Notes: generated by a model from the sequence alone, not told the origin. DNA of 64,000 nt from Nitrospirales bacterium (GCA_963555755.3 OY820905.2:4352001-4416000), one strand, 5' to 3'. Positions 41,752 to 52,792 are shown, counted from the first letter of the stretch. Numbers and translations are program-made.

Positions 41752-43506
41752 CCTAGAAACCGCAGTTGGATCACAAAAGTCCGCGCAAGCTCTTAGGACC
41801 TGCGAGAAAATAACTTGATCAATCTCGCATCCAATCTTCGGGCCATCTTTGAACGGGCCTCAATCGAAAAACCCTCACCATAGCTGTGCTATGCCTCGAG
41901 TGTTTCGGATCATACAGAAATTATGGTTCTAGGAGTCGCATTCGGATCAATTGCCCAATGAGTGGCGTGAAGCTCAATCCTCGTTTTTCGAGTCCCGGCC
42001 ATTGCCGGTAGCCAAAGACAAAAGGCTCTTCGCGTCACCGGGAGGGTGAATGGGTTGAATAATTCCCCGCCTGTTCCCCCCTTGGGAAAAGGGGGGCTTG
42101 GGGGGATTTTCTGATCCGGAGCAGGCAAGTTCTGCACATTTCTTGCCTCCCACAAAGCGGGTTCCCCCGGCGTGGCTGCCGATCCAACCGAAGGGGCAAA
42201 GCGGGTGCCGGCACCAACGGCCCCCATCCTGACTCGGGGGCGGCCCTAGTCGCTCAGACAGTGCAAGCTTGGTGTGTGAGGGTATGGTTATCGTAAAATC
42301 CCCCCTCCCCCCCTTTTCCAAAGGGGGAGCCTCCCGAGCACCGCTTCCCAAGGGATGTTCTTCCATCACCTGCAGAGGAGAATCTGGCCAACCGACCGAT
42401 ACGGATTGATGAAGCCCCAGAAAAATCTAGAAACCCGGATGGCTCGCCCATGAGCTCCCTGGGGGTCTAGTGGCCACAGATGGGTCCTCTATTATTGGCA
42501 CGGGGTTCCTACAAAATTCATAGAGAACCATAAATTCTGTATGATCCAGTGTTTCCCAATCGTTCCGTCCAAATCCGACCCAAATCTTGGCGCGATATTG
42601 ATCAAGTTATTTTCTCGCAGGTCCTCAGGGTCCGTCACGAAATAACCGGGACAATTGGCCGAGACGATTTTGGAGCGAGCCAAGGAGCGAAGAGCGCGCA
42701 TACCGGGAGTATGGAAGCGATGAGCGACGCCGGCGCAGCCCAAAAGCGTCCGGCCCTCCGGGGAGGCCCATCTTTGGCCCGGGGCGGCGTTGCTCCTCGG
42801 TCACAGAGCCCCGCTAGGCTCCCTCGTCGCGCCTTGCCCCGATCACAAATCTGGGCCTCCCAATTGTCCCGGTTATTTCGTGACGGACCCTTAGCGCACC
42901 TGGCAAAATAAAAAATGTCTTATCACCACCAGGGATTACCCCCCACTCTTGTCATTTCGGGAATAAATGCCAAAAAGTGTTGGGAAAGTTACAAGGAAGT
43001 TCTTCGGTGACAACACGTTACCCTAGAAACGGCAGTTGGGCGCAAAAAAGCCGTGTAAGCTATTGGTGTGCATGGTGAAATAAAAAAAGTCGCAGTCACC
43101 TTCGTGGTGATGGGACATTTTTTTATTTTGCCAGGTGCGCCAAGAGCTTGCGCGGACTTTTGTGATCCAACTGCCGTTTCTAGGGTTACGCATCTTTGTG
43201 TTGAAAGGGTTTAACAAAGGGATGCGGTGATGAGAAAGATGACAGGTGCCTCTCACGCCAAAGTCTCATGAAGACGGCTCCTAATGCGTATTCTCGATGG
43301 TATGAGTATCTCCAACCAAGATTAAAAACCAACACTATTTGGCATTTATTCCCATTTCGACCCTTGGGAGAAATCTGTGGTTCGGCAGAAGGGAGATTTC
43401 TCCCAAGGGTCGAAATGACAGACCCGAGGTGACCACGACTTTTTTTATTTCACCATGCACACCAATAGCTTACACGGCTTTTTTGCGCCCAACTGCCGTT
43501 TCTAGG
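41752..43506. mobile_element. Nested stack of non-autonomous elements
   Basis: At least five IR-bounded elements inserted into one another, several with TSDs. Confidence 0.85.
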
Positions 43507-43906
43507 TTAAAGCGTTGAGTGAGGCGGAATATTCGTCAGGGGGGCAGGACCGGGGTGATCAGAATGGCCTATTGAATAATAGGCAAATCTTAAAAATTCC
43601 GTTCACCTGTGACTTATCTTATGAAATGCCGAGAGCAACAGGGGATGTTCAAAAAGGTGCGCTCAGCCAGATGGTCTCCAGGCTTCCCATCTGACTTTCC
43701 CAGGGGCTCTGCCCCTAGGACGGCCCAAACAGCAGGGCCTGTGACCCCTCGAAGGGGGAACACCCCCTTCGAACATCCCCCCCACCGAGTGGTACTGACT
43801 ACTCGGTGGGCAAGGCCGCAGGCGCTTTGGCGCGCGGAGCGTACGGGCGAGTACGTGAGCACGACAAAGGGCCGAGAACGCCGCTGACGCCCTTTTTCAA
43901 CATCCC

Positions 43907-44515
43907 TTAGAAAAAATCCATTTGAACCGGTTTGGCCGTAGACGGCGAAGGCTGGCTGTCTTCTTTGGACATGTCATCCAGAATCTGTTTGAGCTTTTGA
44001 AAGTCTTCGCGGAGCGGGGTCATGAGATTTCCCTGGTGCAGGGCGGCGGCTGGATGCAATAAAGGGAAGAGAATAAAGTCGGACAACCGAAATATTTGGC
44101 CGCGAACTTTGGTAATTCCAATTTTTCTTTCCAGCAATGTCTGCATGGCAAAGTTTCCGAGCGAGCACACCAGCTTGGGTTTGATGATCTGAATCTGCTG
44201 AAGCAAAAATGGTTTGCAGGTCTCGATTTCATCCGCTTGGGGATTGCGGTTATTGGGAGGCCGGCATTTGATGACATTGGCAATGTAAATTTCGGCACGA
44301 GACAGTCCGACGGATTCGAGCAGTTCCGTCAATAACTTCCCCGCCGCCCCCACAAACGGAACTCCCTGTTTGTCTTCATAAAATCCCGGGGCTTCGCCCA
44401 CAAACATTATAGACGCGTGCGGATTGCCCGTTCCAAAGACAACCTGTGTGCGCCCTGATTCAAGCCGACAAGCCTGGCATTCGCGTAATGATTGATCTAA
44501 TTCATCGAGATTCAT
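43907..44515 (-). CDS. Uracil-DNA glycosylase family 4
   Basis: CxxC, GEAPG, PFVGAAG, NVIKCRPPNNR and HPAA motifs. Confidence 0.95.
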   Translation of the reverse strand: MNLDELDQSLRECQACRLESGRTQVVFGTGNPHASIMFVGEAPGFYEDKQGVPFVGAAGKLLTELLESVGLSRAEIYIANVIKCRPPNNRNPQADEIETCKPFLLQQIQIIKPKLVCSLGNFAMQTLLERKIGITKVRGQIFRLSDFILFPLLHPAAALHQGNLMTPLREDFQKLKQILDDMSKEDSQPSPSTAKPVQMDFF

Positions 44516-44549
44516 AGAGTCGCATCATAGGAAGCGGAGTTTCGGGTTG

Positions 44550-45896
44550 TCAATGACGCTTGTACAACTGGTTGATCATGGTTTGTGCGCACATATTCCC
44601 ACTGGCGATGGCGCTTTCCATTTCGGTCGAGGCTCCCGTGTCCGTCCAACTTCCCGCGAGGAAAAAATTGCGGATCGGGGTTTGATTGGAAGGTCGGGAC
44701 CATTCGGTTCCCGGCATGTCGGGCACAAAACCCAATGGTTGCCGGACGATGTGATAGTGGTGGAGAAGCTCTGGGTTTAAAAACGTTTGATCTGGAAAGA
44801 CGTTTTGGAGAGTTTCAACCGCACAGGCTTTGATCCGTTCGTCCGTCTCTGAGAGGAAATCGGTGTCCCCAGTTGATACGCAGGAAAGCAGAGTGGCACG
44901 GCCCTGCGATGTGTGAGTCGGACGGCACAGCGTCCAGGAAAACCGGCCGTCATGAAGGATGAGTCGAGGTGTGTTGATCGTGTGGTCCGAGATCGCATTG
45001 AAGGTCATCCTAGGAGTAACGGTGGTGTGATTTATCTGATGAAAGGATGAATATCGGGCGAGTAAACGTTCGGGGAGAAACGAGGACAACGTCGTCGGGT
45101 GGACCGCCGCGATATACGAGTCAGCCGTGTAGAGGGTTCCGTTGGATGCACTGACGCCTGTGATCTGTTCTGTCCCAGCTTGGAGGAGTTCAATGGCTGG
45201 AATGCGATGAATGGTCATACCTTGTTGTTCGAGTTGTGTGATTAGGGATTTCACGAGCAAGGTTGAAAGTTGCGGTAAGGGAGTTATCCGCGGGCTGTGA
45301 TGTCGGGATTGGAAAAAGACACGGGTCAACATGGTTGTGAAATTGCCAGCACGAGTGTGCGAAAGGCTTGTTCCTATGAGAAATCGGCATAACGGATCCC
45401 AGATCATTTTTTGAACAGGATGGGTTTGCCCGATACTGGTCAGCCAGGATTCAGCAGATTGCAGATCCAGGGAGCTCGGCAGGACGGTTGCTCCCTCCCA
45501 CACTTTCTCCAGGTAATTGAGAAGGCGCCAACGCTGGCGATACGGAAGAGCCGAAAACGTTGAGATGCCCCACAGGGTATGCCACGGGGCTGGGAGGGGA
45601 GGGGTTGGAAATCGAGCGAGCGTTGAGGACGCGGTGTTACATTCAACAGATATCCGTTTCCAGTTTGATTCTTGTTTCGATATTCCCAAGTCTCGCAATA
45701 ACGAATCAGTATGTGTGTGAGGACCATACAAGACCAAAGGGTCTGACGTTTCATTCGGAGGGGTGGGGGAAACGGGTGTTTCGTGAAGGTTATTGTTCGT
45801 CTTGAGAATGGTGACTGTGAAATCAGCAGCACAAAGCTGCCAGGCTGTGACTAATCCCGCCAGCGTATCGCCGAGGATCAGAGCATGGGGTTTCAT
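44550..45896 (-). CDS. hpnE: HpnE-like FAD-dependent oxidoreductase (squalene/hopanoid pathway)
   Basis: LAGSWTDTG..MESAIASG; adjacent to hpnD; divergent dinucleotide-binding motif. Confidence 0.75.
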   Translation of the reverse strand: MKPHALILGDTLAGLVTAWQLCAADFTVTILKTNNNLHETPVSPTPPNETSDPLVLYGPHTHTDSLLRDLGISKQESNWKRISVECNTASSTLARFPTPPLPAPWHTLWGISTFSALPYRQRWRLLNYLEKVWEGATVLPSSLDLQSAESWLTSIGQTHPVQKMIWDPLCRFLIGTSLSHTRAGNFTTMLTRVFFQSRHHSPRITPLPQLSTLLVKSLITQLEQQGMTIHRIPAIELLQAGTEQITGVSASNGTLYTADSYIAAVHPTTLSSFLPERLLARYSSFHQINHTTVTPRMTFNAISDHTINTPRLILHDGRFSWTLCRPTHTSQGRATLLSCVSTGDTDFLSETDERIKACAVETLQNVFPDQTFLNPELLHHYHIVRQPLGFVPDMPGTEWSRPSNQTPIRNFFLAGSWTDTGASTEMESAIASGNMCAQTMINQLYKRH

Positions 45897-46783
45897 CGTC
45901 TCATGCTAAATCGATTAGTGAGTGAGGTGCGAAGCCAACTGCTGATGGCGATGAGAATGCGTAGGGGCGTGGATAAACTGATTCGAGATTCAAACACGGC
46001 GTAGTTGGAGTGTTGGATGCGAGTGAGAATTCGGAAATACACGCCGCGCATGATTTCTGCTGCGAGCAGGGATTGCCGATCGATTCGGGACAGGGTGTCA
46101 TAGATCGCTTGGGCTTTGTCGTAAAATGCATGGGCTCGGGTGGCTTCGAACTGCATGAGCTCAAGAAATTCTGATGAGTTCGTTTTCGCGAACAGTTGCT
46201 GCTCGGTGTACTTGAATCTCGCCAGATCTTCTTGTGGCAAATAAATACGCTGACGGTCGGCATCGGCTCCAACATCTCGTAAAATATTCGTGAGTTGAAA
46301 GGCGACTCCAAGGTTGATGGCATACTCCTGAGCCCGTGGGTCTTGGGTGCCAAATACCTTGAGACAGATCAATCCTACGATCGACGCGACACGATAACAG
46401 TAGGGATAGAGTTCATCGAAGGTGGCGTATCGTGTGTGCGTTAAATCCATTTCCATGCCGGTCACGAGTTCTTGCAGGTACTCTTCGGGGATCCCAAGCT
46501 GTTTGACATGGGCGGCTAAGCTTATGGTCACCGGGTATTGAGGGGTGCCCTGATAGACGGCCTTAATCTCCTGTCGCCACTGAGAGAGTTGCTCCTGGGG
46601 TTTCGTGCCTGGGGGCGGATCATCAACTGCATTATCGACTTCGTGGCAGAAGGTATACACGGTATACATGGCCTCCCGGCGGAATCGAGGGAGGAAGTAA
46701 AATGAATAATAGAAATTGCTTCCACTCGCTTTGGTCTTCGCGGTGCAATATGCGTGTGCTTCTTCAGCAGTCATGTGGGCCAT
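45893..46783 (-). CDS. hpnD: Presqualene diphosphate synthase HpnD (squalene/phytoene synthase family)
   Basis: SGSNFYYSF, YCYRVASIVG, FQLTNILRDV and RIYLPQED motifs. Confidence 0.9.
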   Translation of the reverse strand: MAHMTAEEAHAYCTAKTKASGSNFYYSFYFLPRFRREAMYTVYTFCHEVDNAVDDPPPGTKPQEQLSQWRQEIKAVYQGTPQYPVTISLAAHVKQLGIPEEYLQELVTGMEMDLTHTRYATFDELYPYCYRVASIVGLICLKVFGTQDPRAQEYAINLGVAFQLTNILRDVGADADRQRIYLPQEDLARFKYTEQQLFAKTNSSEFLELMQFEATRAHAFYDKAQAIYDTLSRIDRQSLLAAEIMRGVYFRILTRIQHSNYAVFESRISLSTPLRILIAISSWLRTSLTNRFSMRR

Positions 46784-46790
46784 AGTCAAA

Positions 46791-47302
46791 GAACCTGAGA
46801 TAAACTAACTTGGACAATATCGCGCCAAGATTGGGGTCGGATTTGGACGGAACGATTGAGAAAGACCCGAGGCATAGCACAGCTATGTTGAGGGTTTGTC
46901 GATTGAGGCCCGTTCAACCTAGAAACAGCAGTTGGGCGCAAAAAAGCCGTGTAAGATATTGGTGTGCATGGTGAAATACAAAAAGTCGTGGTCACCTCGG
47001 TGGTGATAAGACATTTTTGTATTTTGCGAGGAGCCTGTCCGAGATTAGCGATCGTGACGAGGGGGGGCTGGTTTGAGTCAGATGTTTCGATCGTTTGAGG
47101 CGAATAGTGGTGACTATTTAACGAGAAGGATCGAAAGATCTGGCCAAATCCAGCGCACCCGCAGTAGATCGGTCTAATCTTGGACAGGCTCCTTGGTGCG
47201 CCAAGAGCTTGCGCGGACTTTTGTGATCCAACTGCTGCTTCTAGGTTCAATGATGGCCCGAAGATTGGATGCGAGATGTCCAAGTTATTTTCTCTCAGGT
47301 CC
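46791..47302. mobile_element. Three-layer nested MITE
   Basis: GGACCTGAGAG-type MITE containing a CCTAGAAAC-type (TSD TTCAA) containing a GGAGCCTGTCC-type. Confidence 0.85.
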
Positions 47303-47400
47303 TTAGTTCGTTGATTTTTGATCGGGGGGTTATTGCCCATACTCGGTTCGAGGATTGTAACGAAAGTTGTGGAGGGAGAAAAGACTTCTGGGAGCAGGGA

Positions 47401-47615
47401 TAGGCTGAAGGCTGAAGAAGGCTGAAGGCTGAAGGCTAAAGGCTAAAGGCTGAAGCCTACCACTCAAATGCCTGACGTTTTGTATGATCCCGCATGCTTG
47501 CCTCCTCAAAGCCTTCAGCCTTCAGCCTATCCTTACATATATGCCTGACGTTTTATAAGATCCCGCATGCTTGCCTCCTCAAAGCCTTCAGCCTTCAGCC
47601 TTCTTCAGCCTTCAG
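47401..47615. repeat. GCTGAAG/CTTCAGC heptamer inverted arrays with a ~73-bp internal duplication; related copy at 51083-51177
   Basis: Read directly. Confidence 0.75.
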
Positions 47616-48185
47616 TCTCGACTGGGTTTTGAGTTGATGCTGACCGATCCATCCTGATGCGCCCGACTTGGTATGGACCAGGTAGATCCATGCATTATTG
47701 ACGAGGGCGCCATCTAAAATCGTGAGGAGCTCTCCGGCTTTGACGGAGGGGCCAGGTTGCTTCCCTTGAGCATCACCAGTCAGTTTTAAAGATGATGGTC
47801 CTGAAGGTTTGGCCATCACCATCACAAGCTGACCTTCTTGAAACGATGGCATTGGAGGTTGGGATGTTACAGCTGTGTTGGTTCCGTCAGGGCCGGGAAT
47901 GTTCGAGCCCGCATCGGAGTCCGGGGCCTTGGAACCCGGGGCTGTGATCATGCTGGTGAGGGACGAGAGTGCTCCTGGATCCATCATGAAATACCCTACG
48001 CTTGCAACCACGAGAAGCAGGAGAATCAAAACCAGCGGGCGTCGACTCGGCGGCTTGGGATCCAGATCATCCATGTCATCCAAACTATCGTCAAAATCAA
48101 GGTCCTGGTCTGCGTCCTTGGCAAAAAACAGGGGCCAAGGGCTGAAGGAACCTGGATCCAATGACATGGGAAACGTTGGATTCAT
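47595..48185 (-). CDS. Single-pass membrane protein with possible C-terminal SH3-like domain
   Basis: Acidic N-terminus, TM helix, W.YLVHTKSGASGWI. Confidence 0.7.
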   Translation of the reverse strand: MNPTFPMSLDPGSFSPWPLFFAKDADQDLDFDDSLDDMDDLDPKPPSRRPLVLILLLLVVASVGYFMMDPGALSSLTSMITAPGSKAPDSDAGSNIPGPDGTNTAVTSQPPMPSFQEGQLVMVMAKPSGPSSLKLTGDAQGKQPGPSVKAGELLTILDGALVNNAWIYLVHTKSGASGWIGQHQLKTQSRLKAEEG

Positions 48186-48432
48186 GGGTGAAACCCTTCG
48201 TATGGGTTTGAGGGTGAGGCGTTGCCTATTGAGGTGGTTTCGCGTTTCGAAAAAACGTTTCCCATTGTCGATGACAATACGCGTAGGCCATACCACCCAT
48301 TCATATCATTCATCATGGGGCATGTCAATCAATGGGTGAGATCTGCGAGGCATCGTGTGTGATCCGCTTTCTGCAAAGAGTGATGTGTGTTGAGTCGAAG
48401 GGCATGATGAAATGGTGACTCGTGATGCGTAA

Positions 48433-48612
48433 GGACCTGAGAGAAAATAACTTAAACAATTTCGCGCCAAGATTTGGGTTAGATTTGGACGGAACGATTG
48501 AGAAAAACCCGAGGCATAGCACAGCTATGTTGAGGGTGTTTCGATTGAGGCCCGTTCAACGATGGCCCGAAGATTGGATGCGAAATTGTTCAAGTTATTT
48601 TCTCTCAGGTCC
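48433..48612. mobile_element. 180-bp MITE
   Basis: IR GGACCTGAGAGAAAATAACTT; TSD TAA. Confidence 0.9.
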
Positions 48613-48789
48613 TAAAGGGTGATGGGAAAAATTGGAACCCTCTTTTCCTCACAGATCACGCATGATGGGTTACGCATCACGACTGCTTTTCCCTTTCCCG
48701 TTTCTTCACTGATGACGACTCAAATTGCTTGCATAACGGTCTGTCCTTATGCAAAATGCACATCACACACGGTGATCGTCGTGTCATCT

Positions 48790-48900
48790 ATGGAGTTGTA
48801 TCGAGAAGAACTGTGGGTTGAAACGAAAAACCGTCGTGCCTACATGAATATTACTCCTCAGGTTGAAGCCGTCGTCAGGAACAGTCGTATCAAAGATGGT
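48790..48900 (+). pseudogene. YjbQ-family (UPF0047) N-terminal fragment
   Basis: MELYREELWVETKNRRAYMNITPQVEAVVRNSRIKDG, then similarity is lost. Confidence 0.65.
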
Positions 48901-49045
48901 CCGAGGTGGGATGCGAGGGGTCCATGGTATTTTTTAACAGGCCCTAAGCGCTTGTGATTCCTCAGACACATACCGAAGAATACTGAGATGTTGAGTGCTG
49001 AATCCGTTCATTTGAACCAGACACTGTGCTTGCGAGGAAGATAGC

Positions 49046-50059
49046 ATGTCGAGTTGGTATCGCCCCGATCCGTTAACACGGGATTTGATTCATTTAATCA
49101 ATGCCCGGCGTCATGATCATGGGGATTCTGAACTAGCCCTTGAAGTGCTACAGGCTCTACTTGAACAGGAACGGGAACATGAGGTGTTGACCGTCCTGGC
49201 CGCGCTGGATGAAGAAATGGCGGAATGGCTGTTTGATCTCCTCGCCGAAGCCTCGTGTTCCGTGATGATCGATGGCGATCCAGATGATAAACCGGCCTAT
49301 GCTGTGCTCGGTGCCATTGAGTTACCGCTTCAGGCGAATTTGCCGAGTCCGCTTCAGTTGAAATTACAGCCCGAACGCACGGCTGATTTATTGAGAGAAT
49401 GTCTCCACATTCCACCAGGGACGGTGGTGACGGTGGAACGTCGTTTGTTGACGGACACGACGCTGGATTTTTTAAGTCTTCAAAAAATTTACGATCATGT
49501 GTCCGCGATTGCCAGTTCGCATCGTCGCCAACCGGTGGCAGCTCGCCTGCATCCTCCCGTCGAGTCCACGGCATTTTTATTTTTCGAACTCATCGGCGCT
49601 GGAGATTCCTCGCTGCCGGAAACATTAGAAGAAAAAGACCGAGAGGCGCTGATCCAAGACTTAGTGGCTCAATGCTCGGAAATTGCGTTGGCGCCCAATT
49701 CCCTCGAAGCGCCGGTGTATGCCGCCTATGCGATGTTTGATGCGCAAAATGCCGTGCGACTGCATCGGTTAGCAGATGAAACTGCAGCCGTGTGGCATGA
49801 TCTCGACCCACCTGTTCGTAGCCGAACGATTGTGCATCTTCATACCCAATGCGGAAATGGCGTGTATATGCCAGTGTGGACCGACTTATTCGATCCTGAA
49901 CTTCCTGAAGATTATGGCCCAATCTGGACCTCGCCCGATGTCTGGGTCTTTACCGCCGACCTGCCTATTGAATGGCCGGGAGAAATGTTAACGAATCGAC
50001 TCCTCGCCGAAGGCTGCACCCGATTCGAAAACCACATTGTCGAAGCCCAAGATAATTAA
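49046..50059 (+). CDS. Hypothetical protein
   Basis: 337-aa ORF with GAGGA RBS; no recognised motif. Confidence 0.75.
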   Translation: MSSWYRPDPLTRDLIHLINARRHDHGDSELALEVLQALLEQEREHEVLTVLAALDEEMAEWLFDLLAEASCSVMIDGDPDDKPAYAVLGAIELPLQANLPSPLQLKLQPERTADLLRECLHIPPGTVVTVERRLLTDTTLDFLSLQKIYDHVSAIASSHRRQPVAARLHPPVESTAFLFFELIGAGDSSLPETLEEKDREALIQDLVAQCSEIALAPNSLEAPVYAAYAMFDAQNAVRLHRLADETAAVWHDLDPPVRSRTIVHLHTQCGNGVYMPVWTDLFDPELPEDYGPIWTSPDVWVFTADLPIEWPGEMLTNRLLAEGCTRFENHIVEAQDN

Positions 50060-50073
50060 TCGATTTAATTCTC

Positions 50074-50193
50074 CAAAATTGGGGCCATCAAATTTGGGGT
50101 CAGACTCGATTAAATTACACGATCGACCGTTCACAAAATTGGGGCCATCAAATTTGGGGTCAGACTCGATTAAATTACACGATCGACCGTTCA
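50074..50193. repeat. 2 x 60-bp tandem duplication containing REP-like GGGGTCAGACTCGATTAAAT
   Basis: Exact duplication. Confidence 0.9.
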
Positions 50194-50195
50194 GG

Positions 50196-51041
50196 CTAAT
50201 GACGGGCTGCGATTCTGAGTGGCTCTAACAATTTCTCAGTGACTTTCAAGTCACCTCTCCCCCTTCCAACTTGGATATCTGGTTTGGCAGTGCCGTGAAA
50301 GTCACTGCCGCCGGTCATCAGGAGATCGAGCTTTCTGGCCAGCTCCAGGTACTCCGACGTTTGGCGCTTTGTATGAGTCCCGTAAAACACTTCGATGCCC
50401 ATGAGCCCGGCTTCCTTTAATGTGCTGCACATCACTTCTAACTCCTTCCCTTTTCGTCTGGTCCAATGTGGATGGGCTAACACCGGCACACCGCCTGCTT
50501 CACGAATCCAGGCAATGGCTTCGCGTGAATCCGGTAGCTCGCGTAATACATACGCAGGGCCGCCTTCGGCAAGGTAGCGGTCGAAGGCTTCTTTCGTTGA
50601 GTTGACGTACCCTTTGTCCACTAACACGCCGGCGATGTGTGGGCGGCCAACCGAGCCCCCTCCTGCCTTGGCTGTGACATCCTCATAGGAAAGTTCCAAA
50701 CCCAGGTGATTGAGTTTTTCTACGATGCGAGGATTGCGTTCATGACGGCTTGCTTGTTGGTGAGTAAGCCGGGTGTGTAATGTTGGATCCTGCCAATCGA
50801 AAAAATATCCCAGGATGTGCGTTTCCCGACCGTCAAACCGTGAACTCAATTCGATTCCTGGAATGATTTCAATGCCAACGGTTGCTCCGGCTTCCATGGC
50901 TTCGGGGATGCCCTTGACAATGTCATGGTCCGTAATGGCCAGGGCCGTCACGCCAGCTTCGTGAGCGAATTGAATGACTTCAGCGGGGAAATGACTGCCA
51001 TCCGAATAGGTCGTGTGGAGGTGTAAGTCAATGCATGCCAT
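50196..51041 (-). CDS. PHP-domain phosphoesterase (TrpH/YciV-like)
   Basis: DLHLHTTYSDG, AITDHD, GRPHIA and GGSDFHG motifs. Confidence 0.93.
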   Translation of the reverse strand: MACIDLHLHTTYSDGSHFPAEVIQFAHEAGVTALAITDHDIVKGIPEAMEAGATVGIEIIPGIELSSRFDGRETHILGYFFDWQDPTLHTRLTHQQASRHERNPRIVEKLNHLGLELSYEDVTAKAGGGSVGRPHIAGVLVDKGYVNSTKEAFDRYLAEGGPAYVLRELPDSREAIAWIREAGGVPVLAHPHWTRRKGKELEVMCSTLKEAGLMGIEVFYGTHTKRQTSEYLELARKLDLLMTGGSDFHGTAKPDIQVGRGRGDLKVTEKLLEPLRIAARH

Positions 51042-51177
51042 GATACTGTCCCTATCCCTAAATCGTTACTACTCAGGTATTGAGGCTGAAGACTGAAGGC
51101 TATCGCTCATAATGCCAGAAGTTTTGTATGCTCACGCATGATTGGTACCTAAAAGTCTTCGGCCTTCAGCCTTCAGT

Positions 51178-52128
51178 CTATCCACCTGAGCAGTTACCCT
51201 CAACCTTTTGGGCAACTAATCGTGCCGTAAAGGCCGGCTGTTGTCCTCCTGTGTGGTCTTGGTGTTGGCCTTCTTCGTAATAGAGTACGCGCAAGCCGTG
51301 AGTCAATTGAAGAAGTTCATTGTGTTCTAAACAAAATTCTTTCCGGCGTGGATGCTGAAATCGGTAATGATTATCGATGAGAAATGTTTCGTAGATTAAC
51401 ATGCCGCCTGGCTTAAGAGCTTTGATGATGTTCGGAAAGATCGGGCGATATAAATAGTAGAAGACGAGCACCCCAGTAAATTCATTTTTTCCAAGTGAAG
51501 GTGGATTGGTCGAATCAAGTTCAAGATCGAGTTCCCGGATCGTGAGGTTAGGGAGACCCTCATCCTGCGCCGCTTTTGACAGGGTAGCCAGAGCTTCTGT
51601 GTTGCGATCAAGCCCGGCGACCTCATATCCGCCCTTTGCTAAATGCAGAGCGTGCCTCCCGGATCCACAAGCCAGGTCCAACACTCGGCCGTGAGGGATC
51701 TGTTGGCCATACTTCATTAAAAAGGGCGAAGGACCAGTTGAAGACGTTTCCCCAACCCTGGCTGCCGTTGGTCGATGATAGGTGAGGCGCACGCCGACGG
51801 ATCCGAGGACATAATCGAGGGGCGGCTTGGCTTTCCGCACCCAAATGCGAAGCGTTTCGATGGGAAACTCGGCTAAGAGAACACGACAAATCCGGTCCGC
51901 CAGCGTTTCGATCAGCGCACATTTTTCGGAACGTCCGATGTCAACGACCCGGCTAGCCACTTGAGCATAATCAATGGTTTTGGAGATTGTATCAGATTGA
52001 ATCGCGTCTTTTGCTGAACAGGCGAATTCGAGGTCAACCAACAGAGGCTGGGGTTTGGATCGTTCCTCCAGAGGAACCCCACAGCGGCCCTGAAAACTGA
52101 TTCCTTCAATGATCAATCCTTCGTCCAT
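51178..52128 (-). CDS. folB: Dihydroneopterin aldolase fused to a TehB-like class I SAM methyltransferase
   Basis: GV..EER..Q, TIDY, LIETLAD and VRK in the N-half; VLDLACGSGRH and LKPGGMLIYETF in the C-half. Confidence 0.88.
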   Translation of the reverse strand: MDEGLIIEGISFQGRCGVPLEERSKPQPLLVDLEFACSAKDAIQSDTISKTIDYAQVASRVVDIGRSEKCALIETLADRICRVLLAEFPIETLRIWVRKAKPPLDYVLGSVGVRLTYHRPTAARVGETSSTGPSPFLMKYGQQIPHGRVLDLACGSGRHALHLAKGGYEVAGLDRNTEALATLSKAAQDEGLPNLTIRELDLELDSTNPPSLGKNEFTGVLVFYYLYRPIFPNIIKALKPGGMLIYETFLIDNHYRFQHPRRKEFCLEHNELLQLTHGLRVLYYEEGQHQDHTGGQQPAFTARLVAQKVEGNCSGG

Positions 52129-52261
52129 CGAGGTATTGTCGAAAAGCCAACTGGGCGTGTCAAGCCGGTGGCATGACACCTCGCCTTGCTTGACCTGCTT
52201 TTAGTGCGACTTCTATAATGTCATTCTGGTGAGAAAACCCTGGAAATTGAAGCGAATCCTT

Positions 52262-52792
52262 ATGGCTGATTTTACACATTTTAATGAGTCAGGTCGGGCA
52301 AGGATGGTCGATGTGTCGACCAAAGCCAATACTGAACGCGTGGCGGTGGCTCAAGCCCGCGTGTTCATGCAACCCGAGACCTTACGTCGTATCCAAGAGG
52401 GAAAAATTGCCAAGGGCGATGTTCTGGCTGTCGCCCAGGTGGCTGGGGTTATGGGGGCCAAGCGGACGCCCGATCTTATCCCGATGTGCCATCCCTTATT
52501 GGTAACCAGCGTGAACATTGATTTTCAGGAAAACCCCGAGTCTAACAGTTCCGGGCAATGTTCGCTGACGATTCAAGCTGCAGCAAAAACAACAGGACAA
52601 ACTGGGGTAGAGATGGAGGCGATGACCGCGGTCTCGGTGGCTGCCCTCACGGTCTATGATATGTGTAAAGCCGTGGATAAAGGCATGAGTTTTGGTGAGA
52701 TATTTTTAGTCTCCAAAGAAGGGGGAAAATCTGGCACCTATGTGCGTCCGGGGTCGGAAGTGTTTTCTCCAACCAATGGAGTGCAATCATGA
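52262..52792 (+). CDS. moaC: Cyclic pyranopterin monophosphate synthase MoaC
   Basis: [20 protein letters not shown] and YDMCKAVD motifs. Confidence 0.97.
   Translation: MADFTHFNESGRARMVDVSTKANTERVAVAQARVFMQPETLRRIQEGKIAKGDVLAVAQVAGVMGAKRTPDLIPMCHPLLVTSVNIDFQENPESNSSGQCSLTIQAAAKTTGQTGVEMEAMTAVSVAALTVYDMCKAVDKGMSFGEIFLVSKEGGKSGTYVRPGSEVFSPTNGVQS

Noticed and set aside
41910..43887. ORFs within the nested repeat region
   Set aside because: They translate MITE sequence and carry no transposase motifs.
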